DNA of 64,000 bases from Nymphaea colorata (taxonomy: Eukaryota). Position 1 is the stretch's first letter. Every line of letters starts with the position of its first letter. Shown piece after piece: positions 1-13,900 of the stretch. The position numbers and the translations under genes are program-made. Below the pieces are notes generated by a model. The model saw only the letters and a list, made by a program, of their open reading frames with translations. It made no database searches and was not told where the DNA came from. Where the stretch lies: the NCBI RefSeq assembly GCF_008831285.2, contig NC_045138.2, forward strand, positions 6,510,001 through 6,574,000. The letters run 5' to 3'.

Positions 1-1822
1 CTGCAATGATATTTTCGAAGGGCACCAGCCACGCTATATGCTTGCTTAGGCTTGTGGATGGGAGGGTGGCGACACTGGGAATTGAACTCTAACTACTTCA
101 CCAAACCACATATGGAAAAAAAATCGTTACTCCCCCAATAATGTTCGAGCTGGATCAGTACCTAGATTCAGATCCAATTTAGTTAGTTGATCTAATATTC
201 TCGTTGGATCCAGTTATAGCAGCTTTATTTGACCCAGATCCGACCCATTCAATAACTTGGCAATGAGCAAACTGAGACATGCACACGCATATACCTATTC
301 ATTGGGCAATGTTGCTGGCCAGAGAGTGAGTAAATAGTAACTGTGCATCATCAAGCTCATTTATGAGAGCCATTTGATTCATCGTTATAAATTATTGTGT
401 TAAAAACAAGAAAAAAATGTGGAAACTAATATTATATAACAAAAATGTCTACCCTCTTTTTCTTTTTTTTTTTGTTATTTTTTCTCAACCCGAATGGTGA
501 CGCAAAGTTACTATTTACTCACTCTCTCTCAAAGAATCATCATTAAATGTAATTTCAAACCCAACAACCTGACTAGGATCCGATAAAGATTCTACCCGGT
601 TACATATAAATACGGATCTTATATTAAGTAGATCTGGATTCGGTTTGTTAAAAAGTAAGCTAAAAAACTAGAAATGGAATTTGTACACATGTTACAATTC
701 GATAATTCGATAAAACCGAATCCAAAGTCTACATCTTATGAAGTCAAAACATATCGTTTGGAACCAAAAGTCAATAAGGCCATGAAACCTACAAGGACTC
801 GGTTTTCTAATACATAAATGAAGAAGAATTACAAAAAAACTACTAAGCTTTTGATTTATTTACAAAAATTAATCTAACATTTGAAGAATTACAAATGACG
901 GTCTAAGATCATAAAACAATTTGCCAGATGGAAACCATTAATATATATACAAAAAACTATTTTCTATAAAAAAGAGAACACTTTGTAGCGTTTGCAATGC
1001 AGATTTTTTAGGTTTATTTCTCCATAATTTCCCACTACTTTTTTTTTATGAAGCTGGTTATGCACACTGCTAGGTGTAAACAAAAATTATGCATTAGAAG
1101 GTGTAATGACCGCAATAGCTTTTATCATTAAAATGAAGAGCCCTATGGACAAAAGGGTCATAAAAAAGTTACAAATAGTAAAAAATTGTTTCCTTTTGAA
1201 AAATTTCCAGGATACTATAACTTTTTTTTATATGATGCATATTTGCTGTGTGCACCACCTTGATTGACAAAACTGAGAGAGAGAGAACCCTAAGGGGATT
1301 CTGGCAAATGCCGGATCTAATAGGCAATCAGTTGCTCTTTCAAATTTTGGTAGCAGTAGCATTAACTTTATGTGTTGTAAAAAGAGTGAGGTTCCAATAC
1401 CCTTCCTCTAATTGAGCAACCTAAACCCTAAACTTTATCGAGCAGGCAAACTATGAACAAATGTACATCTTTGAGACTTCTTTGAAGCCCCACCTTTCTT
1501 ATGAACTTTCCTCAAGCTGTGTTTGAGGGGGAGTTACTGTGTATCGTTGGCCTCTATGGGAACCAGTCGATGATGTATGAGAGGCGGTAGTTTAACCTGC
1601 ACTACTTTATATTAGTTTCTCGAAGCTCATCTTTACTTTGATTCAAAAGGTAACCGACAGTTCCCGATTTTCTCCGGTTTTTGCAATCGTGGCTTGGCCC
1701 CCAAACCATACATGAGTAAAACTCAGGCCGAAATCCCGGGTCTATTTATTTGATTTAGTTATTTAGTTAAACAAATGGTTTGTTACTCGAGCAGAACAAC
1801 CATTTTATCGGTCAGACACTAT

Positions 1823-1925
1823 AAAATAGCCCTACACCTTGGGAGGACGAAGTGGGGGTGGAGTGAAAGGGGAAAGCTTCAGCAAAATAGCCCTACACCT
1901 TGGGAGGACGAAGTGGGGGTGGAGT
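1823..1925 (+). repeat. Short direct repeat, 2 x ~42 bp (AAAATAGCCCTACACCTTGGGAGGACGAAGTGGGGGTGGAGT)
   Basis: Identical 42-mer at ~1823 and ~1884. Confidence 0.85.
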
Positions 1926-1990
1926 CAGCGTTTACTCAGGCGATGAGAGTAACATCCACAAAATAGTGGGAGAGAGAGAAGTTTATAAAG

Positions 1991-2433
1991 TAAAATTAAC
2001 ATGTTTTTGTCCGCTCAGTAATGTGTTTATAAATTATTTTATCTGCTTGAAAAATAAGTACCCAATTTTTCAAATATTAGGTGGCCAATAGTAACTCGTC
2101 AAAAGTTAAACAATGATTTGTAAGTGTCTCATCAATGAATGAAAGAATGAATGAATAATAAACAAACGTATATAATAGTTTACAACAGGCAATCAGAATG
2201 ATTTGTTTTAAATTTTAAAATTAACATGCTTTTGTCCGCTCAGCAATGTGTTTATAAATTATTTTATCTGCTTGAATATTTAAGTACGCAATTTTTCAAA
2301 TATTAGGTGGCCAATAGTAACACATCAAAAGTTAGACAGGGATCTGAAAGTGTCTCATCAATGAATTGAAAGAAAGAATAAAGAAAGAATGAATGGATAA
2401 TAAACAAATGTATTTACAACAAGCAATCAGAAT
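1991..2433. repeat. Tandem duplication (2 x ~215 bp) covering the 3' UTR/terminator region of the CML gene
   Basis: TAAAATTAACATG(T/C)TTTTGTCCGCTCAG...CAATCAGAAT at 1991-2199 and again at 2216-2433, directly abutting the CML stop codon. Confidence 0.85.
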
Positions 2434-2435
2434 AT

Positions 2436-2891
2436 TCACAAGGATCTATGCATCATGTCCTTGAACTCCGGAAAATCCAGCCGTCCATCTGCATTGGAAT
2501 CAAACTTGGAGATCATCTCCATGCAATCCCCATCCTCTTCCTTCCACAGCCCCAACTTCACCAGCACCCTCCCAAGCTCCTTGCTCGATATGAACCCATC
2601 CCCATCCTCGTCGAACACCTTAAACGCTTCCATCAGCTCCCTCTCGCCGTCGTCACCGTTGTCGCTGCCTCCCTCTTGATTTGCGGTGCCGGCTGCATCC
2701 TCACACATCGCCGCAAAGTTCTCGAGGTCGAGGCTCACGACGCCGAGGACCTTCTCCAATTCCCGGCGCCCCGGGTCGATCCCCACCAGCCGCAGCATCG
2801 ACCGCAGCTCGTCGAGGTCGATCCGGCCGTCGCGGTTGCTGTCGAACCTCTCGAAGAGCGTCTGCAACTCCCATGGCTTCAGAAGCGGCAT
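2436..2891 (-). CDS. CML44: Calmodulin-like EF-hand calcium-binding protein, CML44-like, 151 aa, intronless
   Basis: EF-hand loops DSNRDGRIDLDEL, DEDGDGFISSKEL and DSNADGRLDFPEF, with a degenerate second EF hand (ELEKVLGVVSLDLENF) as in the CML44 group. GC-rich coding island. Start set at the ATG at 2891 (MPLLKPW) because the upstream ATG at 2975 overlaps the TATA box. Confidence 0.9.
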   Translation of the reverse strand: MPLLKPWELQTLFERFDSNRDGRIDLDELRSMLRLVGIDPGRRELEKVLGVVSLDLENFAAMCEDAAGTANQEGGSDNGDDGERELMEAFKVFDEDGDGFISSKELGRVLVKLGLWKEEDGDCMEMISKFDSNADGRLDFPEFKDMMHRSL

Positions 2892-2973
2892 ATGGTAAGA
2901 AGAAATTAAGGTTGGAAGAAAGAAGAGAAAGAAGGAAACTGCTTGAAATTTTGGGCCGGCGTGAGTTACATGC

Positions 2974-3053
2974 ATTTATAGAAGGAAAGACGGGGAAGAT
3001 TCCTCTGCAACTTCCATGGGCCTGAAGATTTCTTCGTCTGTTGGAAGACGTGT
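2974..3053 (-). promoter_or_regulatory. CML core promoter: TATAAAT (2974-2980, minus strand) and an ACGTGT ABRE/CAMTA-type motif (3048-3053)
   Basis: TATA box ~85 nt upstream of the ATG, followed by a pyrimidine-rich leader. Motif function is inferred. Confidence 0.55.
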
Positions 3054-3210
3054 GCATTAGTGCCAAAGTAGACGCAGTTTTCCTTCTGCAGGCTCGTGCT
3101 TCGTTGGACCACGTCTCTCAATTTGTTTGTCAAAAGTACGAAACCAATGGGGAGAAATCATCGACAGTCCATCTCCATCAGAGTTTCCAAGTAATTTCCT
3201 TCGTCATTGA

Positions 3211-3245
<35 letters not shown>

Positions 3246-4205
3246 GATTTAGATTAAAAAATTACATTTAAAATTGAAAAGAGCATTTTAATTTTTTTAA
3301 TTATTCAAAATCTAATGGTTCGAGCGACAAAAGGGTGGCATTGTAAGGTTCCTAAATGATCTGAAATTGGATGTTGACAACATTGATTTTTATACAGAAA
3401 GCGAAGGTAAAGTTGACCACTTGAAGGTACAAGCAAGTACCGTTAGCCCTTAGAATATGTGATTGAGAAGTGAACGTTGAATAGCCTCTTCATCCCACTC
3501 ATAGGAACCTGTTTCCGTAGAAGTATAAAAAAAATGTCATCCTTGTGGAACCAGTTGATTCTCAATATTTTCATAAAATAAGAAATACAAGGCCCCCTCC
3601 TCTAAGGGTGAATAACGTACTAAGTGTGAATAACGAACTGACCAGCTCGGCTCGAGTTCAAACAAATTATTTTAAGCCAAATTCGAGCTTATTTTTCAAC
3701 TCACTTTTTTTTTTTAGTGGAGCCGAGTTTGAATTCACTGAAGAACTTGAATTTATAAGCTCGACTCAGGCTCGAGCAAAAATGAATAGGTAACTTTATG
3801 AGTATTTATTTTGGTTTTTTCGGTCTTCGTCCCACGTGTTCTATCTTCTCATTGTCTTCATATCAAGGGGTGGTTGGGACTGTTGACCGAAACCAAGCTT
3901 TCTAGCCAAGACGACTCTAAAGCTAGGTCTATAGTACTTTGGTCCCTACAAGGTCGACTGGACAGAAAGCCCGGCCGTGTCACAGGCACAGCAGATATCC
4001 CAAGCAGTCCACCACAGAAAAAAGAAAAATTAACCGTCGCTTAAATCCAATAAATCTAACTGTTATTATTTTTGTTGGATAGTTGGTTAGACCGATGGGC
4101 TGGTAAAAGTTTCATCTTTAAGTTTAATTCTTGTGAGCATTACTTTTCTAAACTATAACTACAACACTCCTACTTTTTATTCAGATCCAAAAGGTGACTC
4201 GGACC

Positions 4206-4396
4206 CAGGGGTGGAGCCAAGGGGCTCACATGGGCTTTGGCCCGACCTCAATTTTTCTTAAAAAAAATTACATATAACTTTTAGAAAATTTTATTTGTTT
4301 GATATAAAAATTTTGAAAAATGATATTTTAGCCGGTGTCAAAATTTAGAAACTTTAATTCGAACCTCCTAACAAAAAAATTTTAACTTCACCCTTG
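4206..4396. mobile_element. hAT-type MITE
   Basis: TIRs CAGGGGTGGAG / CTTCACCCTTG; perfect 8-bp TSD CTCGGACC (4198-4205, 4397-4404). Confidence 0.85.
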
Positions 4397-6654
4397 CTCG
4401 GACCCAAAGAGTAACGAAAAAGAAAAGTGGGCCGGCTTCATTCTTTTCTAGGCATCTCCCCCACTAAATCTAATGGCTGTGGATAATGAACCGGAGTTTA
4501 GTCAAGGGTAATGTTGACGTTTGATCTTTTAGTAAAATAAATTTAGCGTTTGAAAGAATATGTTTGGCCTTTCTTATCAAGCCAAGACAGACGGAAGTCG
4601 CTTTCATAAGGAAACTGTTATTGGAAAAAGCCGGTTGCTATCTTAGGAAGTTGCTTTCATTAAGAAAATGGAGGTTTCTAGTGGAAATGTAAGGGGCAAC
4701 GTGTTTGGCTATGGAACCTTGTTCATGCCACATAGTCTCTTAATTTTCTACAGGATGAAGTATGGAAGAAATTTCTCATGAAAGCAATTTCTTAGAATCT
4801 CTCTCTAATAGAAGGCATTTGTTAGGAAGAACATTAATTTTGAGATTCTTAAAACGCATGTTTCAATAAGATCAAGTTTTTAATATTCTGAAAAATATGT
4901 TGTTATTTATTTATTCAACCTGTCACTTTTATTTCCTATAAAGCAAGTTTGGAATGAACGAAAGCCATCAGATGAAGGGTTGAAGCCCTCCTTTCTTCCT
5001 CATGCCCTCGGAATCAAAGGCTGTTTCTGCTATTTAAGTGGAAGGTTTTCACCTTTGGTAATTCAAACCCATCTGTGAAACCCAGTAGGTGAGGCTGCTC
5101 GATTCGGCCAACCAATTCATCGAAGTGAACTAGTTTGTGAATGCTTCTAATTTCCAATTTCTTACTGATGTTATTATACTAAGAAGATAAGATCAACTTA
5201 CGTTATAATCAATATTTCTCATCAAAATTTTAGATATGAAACTTCTCAAACTATGGAGCTGTAAATGGTTTGGATTAAAGTCAGATGTCCGACTAAAACT
5301 AATGATTAACAATAAATATGTGCACTCTATTTTGAAGTACTACGGAGTCAATTCTTTGAGTGTTTTTCAGGTAAAATTTGACCGTTCCACATATCAATCA
5401 TTCAAAGATTCGCTTCTGTTTGATTTGTGCGACATTTTTAGAGAGATGGGACCAACGTGATGGAACAAGGCTTGACTGTTCTTGGCGCCTTTACCAAGGG
5501 TAATCAAACCAAAAACTAAGCTTTACCCTTCTATTGTCTAAGTATTTAAATGTCACATTGATTCTAATGCAAAAATAAAGGAAAATGTGCCCTAACTTTT
5601 GAAAGTATTGGTTTGTTAAAATCTAAGTTGGCCTCAAAACTTAAGATTCGTAATCAAATGTCATTAGATTATCTTCATTGTCATCATAGGCCACACAACG
5701 ATTTCTCCTAAGCTATATGATCCATGCATCTCAAAGATTTGATTATTAGAATTGGGTTGCTAGGGTTGAAGGTCAAGACTTGGGTCTAGGTTCTAAGTTT
5801 TCAATTGATTGGTGATCTGGTTTGAAATGGAATTTTGGAAGACTGGTTTCAAATTGAAAGCTGAGTTTTTACATGAGTGTTTTGGTAGTTAGGATTTTTT
5901 ATGTGATCAAAGTTTTGAGATATTTTCAAGTTTGAGACTTAAAGAGTTCAAGTTCAATGGATCTTGGAAACTTCTTAGGTTCCGTCAGGTTTCTTAATTG
6001 ATTTGGGATGTTAAGATGTGTGTTCCTAATGGTTTGCTGTAGGTTTGGCAAGCACTAGAATTGGTCGTTTAGAATGTTAATATTTATAATATTATCGTTT
6101 GAGGTGAGAAATTGTTAATGCATCAAGGTTTTGTGACTTGAATCACTTGATGCTTTTTAATTTAGGTTTAGGGTGAGGGGCTTTGATATTTTAACAGTTA
6201 AGCCTAAGTTGATAGTCTTGATTTGGTTTTGGTTTTCCTAAGTTTCATGGTGTCCTATTCATTGAGATCTTTGAGGTTTTAGAAAACTTCATTTTTGGAA
6301 TACTTGTGCTTTCTAAATTCTTTTGTGTGAGTGAGTTTAATACTAAAATGAAAAACAAACTTTATGACATGCATAAAAAGAAAATTAAAAATTAACAACT
6401 TAAAATAAATGAGAAGGAGGGTCATGCATTACCCCAGACTAACATGAAAATTAAAACAAATTAGTATATAGATTGGAAATTTTAAAAACGATAATTTTAT
6501 TCCCTTAAATCAAGATTAGTACTATGATTAAGAGATTAATCATTCTTGAACTTCATTTAAACATGCTAAGTAAAGAGAACGTAAGTCTAAGACATAGAGG
6601 GAGACATACCTAACCTCTTTTTAGGCATAATTGACAAATAAATTAAATTCTATG

Positions 6655-6900
6655 GTCTGTATCTGAAAGTAATGGTTTGGATCCTGTGGGCCCCAAATTG
6701 ATAGTTTGGATCCAGATGGATCCGAAAGTAATGATTTGGATGCTGATGGACCCAAAAGTGATGGTTTGGATTTCAATAGATCCAAAACTGAATGCTTGGA
6801 TCTAAAATGGATCCAAAAATTAAAGTTGGATCCGAATGACATCTAAAAGACACATTGGGATCTGAAATTGATAGTTTAGGTCTGAAATAGACCCGGAAAT
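6655..6900. repeat. Degenerate ~30-bp tandem repeats (AAAGTGATGGTTTGGATCCAGATGGAYCC-like), probably part of an old TE
   Basis: Recurrent TTTGGATC / GGAYCCAAAA units. Confidence 0.5.
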
Positions 6901-7104
6901 GTGATTTAGGTCTTATTTTTAATTTGAAGTGGATCTAGAGTTTGGACTTCGAACAAAATTGTGTTTGAGTCTAGTTTGAATCTGAAAGCTGATTTTTGGA
7001 CGTAGGATTTTAAATATTGGGGTTGTGATGGTTGAATGAAGGTTTGAATTTGATATCTAACTTGGGTAGATGACCAAACAACTACATATAGATGAAACTA
7101 TATA

Positions 7105-9790
7105 TATAAATTAATATTATATGATGAAAATGCTTATCACCTTTTCCTCCTTATTTTTTTATTAATCGTCTGTCATGTTGGACCCAATAATGCAGACTAG
7201 ATGGTTGGGTGACTATAAAAAACTTTATATATATATATATTTCTTTCATGGTGTAGCAAAATAGTTGTAGTGAATATTTGGGGTGTGCACTATGAGTTGA
7301 AGACATTGAAAACAGTCCTAAACCCTAAGAGGATAGTGGAAGGGAGAGGCTATGGCCTTTTCTCGAGCAGCAGGATTAACTTTTTGCTCACCTAAACAAC
7401 AAATATGTGCAGTTTTGGGCTCAAAGGTGAAGTATGACTTGTGCATGTATTTGGGTTCATTTATACCGAAAAATTTATCTTAGTTAAGGTTTTTTTAGTC
7501 AGTAGACGCAGGCTGCTCTTTCCAAGTGAATCTGAATTCCAGGTGAATCTGAACTCAAATGAATCTCATGGCTCCATCCGGTTTCCTTAAACCCAAACCA
7601 AACCGGCCTGCCTTCATTGTAGAAAGCGACATACGAAAGAACCCTTCATGAATTCAGATTAACACAAAAAAGATGTGGAAGGGTTAACACAAAAAAGAAA
7701 TCATATGCTGAGAAGAGGGTAGGGGTGGGGGCGTGTTATTTTTTATGTTTGCTTTGAATGGGGTGCAAATTGAATAAAATCTTGAGGTTAAAAATGGTTT
7801 CGCTTTCAAAACGCCATTTCCCAATTTAATCTTTAGATGATACAAAAACTGAGTTTTGCTAAAACTCATTTTGGCAAAACCTGTTTCCTGACAGGGAGTG
7901 AGTGAATGACTTACAATTTAGGGATGTCAACAGGGAGTGAGTGAATGACTGACAATTTAGGGATGTCAATGTATCCGATTTGAATCAGATACTTGACCGA
8001 TTCGATCCGAAGATATGGAGAAAAAATTAATATCTGATTAAAAAATCGAATCAGATTCGGATTTAATAAATGACATCTGTTCGGATTCAGATTTGGATTC
8101 GGATATACATAAATATTCAATCGGATTCGGATTGGACTCATTTTTAGACAAATATCATGTATCTAATGCTATTAAATTTTGAAAATTGGCAAATTCCGGT
8201 TCAAAATTTAGATTCGGATTTGGATACAAATATCAAAATTGGATTCAGATCAGATTTGGATTGTAAAATCAGATTTTGGATTCAGATTCAGATATGACTT
8301 TTCTTTATTTAAATTCGAATCCAAATTAAAATTTGAATATGTGACGAAAAAAGCAGATATGATTAAGGATATATCCGATCCGAATCTGGTAAGTTGACAT
8401 CCCTATTCTCATTACGCAAACATACAATTAAGTTTTCCAAAAATGATTAAAAACCCAACTTTTTGAAAAATTAATTTGGGTAAAACCAGTCCTTTAATTT
8501 TGAGTGTGTCATCCAAACGCTGCCTTAGTTTAATTAACCCAAACCCGAACTTGTTTGCGCCATTAAAAAAAATTATCGTTATTAACAAAATATCGTGGTA
8601 AAAACTTGAAAATAAGAAAATATAAGCAACTTGTTTTATCGCATTTTTTATTGTTCTTACATCCAATTTTCCAAACTATCGACTTGCCTACATGGATGAG
8701 CTGAGCTGAAGCTGTCAACTGCTCCCTCTGACCCAAAATTTTGCAGAAGACACCTCAAAACCAATTTAAAAACACATTTTTTGAAGTTAAAAATTGTTAT
8801 TCAAGCATGTTTGGATGATATAAAAAATGAGTTTTGCCTAAACTCATTTTGACATAAAATGTTTTTGAAATAGGAAATGACTCGACACTTCTTTGGTTAT
8901 TCATACAAAAATCTGTTTTGGTCTCATTAACCAAACACACAGATAGTTTTTCAAAAGTAATTAAAAAACCATTTTTTTGAAAAATTATATAGATAAAACT
9001 AGATTTTTTAGTATATCATCCAAACGCTCCGTTTGTCTAGATTAGACATAGTTCAAGCCCAAACCAAAAGTTCTTTGTGCCATTTTAAAAAAAATATGGT
9101 TATTATCAAAATATCGCCTTAGAAACATGAAGTTGAAAAAAAAAACAAGGTGATTATCGCATTTTTAGTGTTCTTATTGTCAAGGAGCTCCAATCAGGGT
9201 TGTAATGACATGCCAATTGTCCATATTAGTCAGTCTCAACTTAAAAAGACACTGAAAGGTTCGCTAATCTTATTTTACTACTGAAAGTAAAGTTTCTTTC
9301 ACTAAGAACAATGGAAATATTTTACTACTACAAATAAAGTTTCTTAACCGAAGACAAAATTTTATTTTAAAAAATGCGGCTTTAATTATTATTTATCAAA
9401 TTATGCTCTCTTCAACTTAATATTGTAATAACAAAAGAAAATATATATTTTTTTTTCAATAATAAGTGTTCATATCTGAAATTGATTTGATCAACTTGCA
9501 TACACAACTCTCCTTTTATTTCATATCCAGGAGGCAAGTCCATGTAAATATGTTCTTGTAATTTCGCAAAAATGCATTATTCAAGACCATTTTTCTGCAA
9601 TATTCACCCATATTTTATTGTAATTGATGACAAACACCTTATAATAACCATATTCACAGTTGGTGTGAAAGTTTTATGATAGTCTTGACCTTCAACCAGG
9701 GCGGAGCAAAGGCCCTTCTGGGCCTTCGTCTCACCTCAATTTTTTTTTCTATATAAAAAATTTCACTTTTTCTATATAAAAAAATGACTC
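7105..9790. repeat. Left arm of a ~2.7-kb inverted segmental duplication (partner ~52930-55546)
   Basis: Collinear reverse-complement similarity, e.g. 9629-9705 TGACAAACACCTTATAATAACC...CCTTCAACCAGGG versus 53041-53120. Shared nested MITEs. Confidence 0.85.
7958..8405. mobile_element. hAT-type MITE (TAGGGATGTCAA TIR; TCGGAT/ATCCGA subterminal repeats)
   Basis: TIRs TAGGGATGTCAA ... TTGACATCCCTA. The left TIR is included in a 39-bp tandem duplication (7891-7970). Confidence 0.8.
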
Positions 9791-9829
9791 CTACAAATTG
9801 TTGCACGCCATAGTCTGCAGACTCAATCC

Positions 9830-10948
9830 ATTCATAATTTTTCCAAACTATCGACCCACTGATATACATGAAAAACTAATGAAAAGATAGATGAGAAGAA
9901 CACGGCAGTACAAACCTGATAAAGTAAGTCTCCATTGCTGACAACAACAAGCTTATGGTCCACGGTAAACTCCAGATCATAGCTGAATAAAACAAAGGAA
10001 CCATTCACATAACTGGAAGACCAACAAAGGAAAATGAAATAAACCCCAGACAGGCAGACTGAGATATTCATTTATCTAGCTATTCTAATCTTTGGATCAT
10101 AGCTTACTTGAAGGCACAGACCAGTTACATAGAAATGTGGACTACAGCTAAACAAAAACATTAGAAAAACCAATAACCAATAAAAATAGGAATCACGATG
10201 AAAACAAGAGAGAGAATGCAGAAAGAAAGCGTGAGAAAGAGAGAGAACTTACACAAGCAGGAATCTTCAACAGGAACTTACACACGCAGGAACCCTGGGC
10301 TGAAAGCAGAGCAGAGCAGCCGGTTGACCTTGAAGGCTTGAAGGATGAAGGAAGTGGTCCGCGGACGAGTAAAGGTTAGGCGGTAGGCCGTTAGGGTTGC
10401 AAACTCACAATGGAGGAAAAGTTTCAGTCACTCACAGACGGAGAACGAGAGAAGAGAAGGAGAAGTCGGAGAGAGGCAGAGAGCCAGAGGGATAACAGGA
10501 GAAGAGAAGGAGATGTTGGAGAGAGGCAGAGAGCCAGAGGGATAACGGGAGAAGAGAAGGAGAAGTTGGAGAGAGGGCAGAGCCGCAGAGGGATAATGGG
10601 AGAAGAGAAGGAAAAGTCGGAGAGAGGCAGAGAGCGAGAGGGATAGTTGGAGTCGGAGAAAAGGAAACCCTAAAAGGAAACACTAAAACAAAAAAGTGTT
10701 TCCCGCCTGAGACGATTCTGAACCGGTTTTTAAAAAACCGGTATTTTAATACAATCGAGCCGAGTCGAGCTTTAACGAGTTCAGTTGAGTGAACTCGAGC
10801 TCGACCCGTTTAGTTAAACGAGTCGACCAGCGAACTCGAGCTCGACTCGTTTAACAAAATGAGCAGCTTGTTTAAACTAACGAGTCGAGTTAAACGAGTC
10901 GAGTTAAACGAGTCGAGTTCGAGTAATTCGACTCGTTGTGCACCCCTA
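9830..10948 (-). mobile_element. Terminal portion of a hAT-like DNA transposon (non-autonomous, truncated)
   Basis: Minus-strand terminus TAGGGGTGCACAACGAGTCG at 10948. Dense CGAGTCGAG/CTCGA subterminal repeats at 10755-10935. CT-rich leader and GTAAG donor-like sites on the minus strand. Other end not found. Confidence 0.5.
10449..10645 (+). repeat. GA-rich ~50-bp tandem repeat, 4 copies
   Basis: GAAGAGAAGG at 10451, 10501, 10551 and 10602. Confidence 0.8.
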
Positions 10949-10949
10949 C

Positions 10950-13900
10950 CAATAGCTTCCAACACTTTCAGTCGATTAAGTAAACTGGAGATAATTATCT
11001 CCTGTGGGAGTCACAGTTTACTCCCATTTTAATCACTTATGATTTAATGGGGATGGTTGATGGCAGTACACCTTCTCCTGAGAAACACAAAAGAGGTACA
11101 CTTGAGATTAATCCTGAATAGCATGAGTGACTTAGGCATTATCAGTTACTTGTCAGTTTGTTGATATCTTCTCTGACGAAAATATTCATAGTCAGATTGT
11201 TCCTTTAAAGTCTTCGCATGAAGTATGGAAAGCATTAACAGTCTTACGCTGCACATTCCTGATCGGGTTGGGTTATGCAACTGAGATCACAATTTCAAGA
11301 TCTTAGAAAAGGGGATAAATCCGTGGGTGAATATTTTCAAAGAGCAAAAAACTTGGCTCATCAGTTGGCCATTGCATCGAAACCAATCTCTAATGAAGAT
11401 ATAATGATGCAAATCCTTAAAGGTCTCCCATCTGAGTATATGGCATTCAGAACATTTATAGGGACATGTCCAATTCTAGTCTTTAGGATGAATTGCAGAG
11501 TTTGCTTTTGATCCAAGAAGCTCGATTTAATGAAAATGATGATATTGTGAATATCAATGCCAATGTCATTATGAAGACCAGCAGTGATAAAGGTCAGGGA
11601 TAAAATGTGCAATACAATAATCAGACTTATAATAGAAACAAATACAAGAAAAATTGGAAGAAGGTACGGAATCGATTTGGAAATAAACCTATGTGTCAAA
11701 TCTGTGAGAAGATTGGACACACTACAAAGACCTGTTATTGCTACACTAATCTGCTGCCTAAGTATCAAAAGGGAACAAAGCCTCAAGCAACTCTATTGCA
11801 TCTGATGATGATTCTTGGTATCCAGACTCAGGGGCAAGCCATCATTTGATATTGACAACCTCTCTTTATATTCAACATATCATGGAAAAGATGAGGTGAA
11901 GACAGGGGACAGATCAGGTCTGTTAATTCAACACATTGGCTCATCTTGTGTTTCCAATAATTTTGATGTGAAAGATATTTTACATGTGTGTGGCATTACA
12001 AAGACTTTATTATCTGTGCATAAATTTATTAAAGACAATAACGTCATATTTGAGTTCACACCCATTGCTTGTTATAGTATGGAACAGGGCACAAGGGAGA
12101 TCATTCAGCACAGACAAAGTAGAGATGAACTATAACAAACATCAAAATAAGCAAGCGAAAAATGCCGAGAGCAAGTTGACACTTATTTGGCATCAGCGCC
12201 TTGGACACCGTGTGTTTAAGATTATCGAGTCAGTTTCAAATTCTATGAATACACCGTATGACACTTATTTTGATCATTTTGTGGGTGAAGCTTGTCATGA
12301 TGGCAAGTCACATAGACTTCCTTTTAAAAATAAATTGGTTCTTATATTGAATCTTTAGAATTTTTTTTTTTTAATGTTTGGGGACCAGCCCCAGTACTTA
12401 GCTCTAGTGGCTTTAAATATTATGTTATTTTCATTGGTGGGTACTCCAAATATATTTGCATATATTGCATGCAACATAAATCAAATGTGTTAAAAGTTTT
12501 TACTGCTTTCAAGGCACATGTTGAAAATGTTGTTAAACGAAGATAAAATCTTTTCACTCCAATGGGGGTGGAGAATTTCAAGCCCTTTCAGAATTTTTAG
12601 CTAAACATGGGATTGGGCAAACAGTGTCATGCCCACACACCCCACAACAAAGTGGGATGTCTGAATGCCACCATTGCCACATTGTTGAAACCAGTTTGAG
12701 CATGATGACTCATGTTGATTCACCAAAAGATTATTGGGCACAAGTTTTTCATTCAGCTGTATTTCTCATTAATCTGCTCCCACCCAAAGTTTTAAAATAC
12801 AAGTCACCTATGGAAGTTTTATTTAGACAAAAGTCAGATTACAATGTTCTTAAAGTTTATGGCAGCACTTGTTACCCTTGTACATATTCATATAGACAGA
12901 ACAAATTAGATTACAAAAGCGAGTTGTGCACATTTATTGGATATGCTCCTAACCACCATAGGTACTTGTGTTTAAGAATAAGAGATAAAAAAATATTCAT
13001 TTCCAAACATGTGAGGTTTGATGAAAACAATTCCCAATCCTTGAACTTCAAAGGAAGATGCCACGAAGGGAAAATGGCGACAAAAGTTACCCCAATGTGC
13101 AGAACCTTGACGTGCCATCATTCATCATGCCAAATAAAATGAGTTCAAATGGAGAAATGCATCACATCAATTTGGACAATTCTGAAAATACTAACCATCC
13201 CATAACAGTATCAGGTAATATAGAAAATGTATCTGAATTTACTGAACCTGCTAAAACTGAGCAAGAAACTCAATATCTCGAGGGTTCATATTCACACGAG
13301 GAAAAATCATCTGGCCGCACACATCATATGATAACCAGATCACAGACAGGGAGTCTAAAAACCAAAGTATATTAATCAAGCAAGCATACACCACCCCTTG
13401 CAGACCCAAGTTCAAACTGAAGTAGAGCCAAGCGATGTCAAGGTAGCAGATCAAGATGACAGATGGAGGGCTGCTATGCAAGCAAAATTTAATGCACTCA
13501 AGAGAAACAAAACTTGGTCTTTGGTTTCGGCAAGTCAAGCTAAAAGCATTATAGGATGCAAGTGGATTTTCAAAATACAAAGGAATGCAGATGGATCTAT
13601 TGAAAGATCTAGACTACTTTGAAACCTTTAGTCCTGTGGTAAAACCCACAACCATTAGAACAACGCTAACTATTGTCGTTAACGAGAAGTGGCTCATAGG
13701 ACAACTTGATGTACAAAATGCTTTCCTTCACGGTGATTTAGAAGAAGATGTCTATCTGCATCAACCTGCGGAATTTGAAGATACTAACAAACCAGACACA
13801 TTTGCAAATTACACAAAGCTTTATATGGGCTTAAACAAACCCCCAGGGTGTGCTACTCAAGTTTAAGTTCACACTTGCAAAAGCTTGGGTTCAGAATTGC

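Noticed and set aside
1421..1433. Telomeric repeat (CTAAACCCTAAAC)
   Set aside because: Under two units; at most an isolated telo-box.
2892..2975. 28-aa N-terminal extension of the CML ORF
   Set aside because: The upstream ATG overlaps the TATA box, and the extension is low-complexity 5' UTR-like sequence.
2448..3066. Overlapping ORFs on other frames and strands of the CML gene
   Set aside because: Shadow ORFs of a GC-rich CDS with no recognisable motifs.
10410..10683. Arg/Glu-rich and Ser/Leu/Pro-rich ORFs
   Set aside because: Translations of the 50-bp GA-rich tandem repeat.
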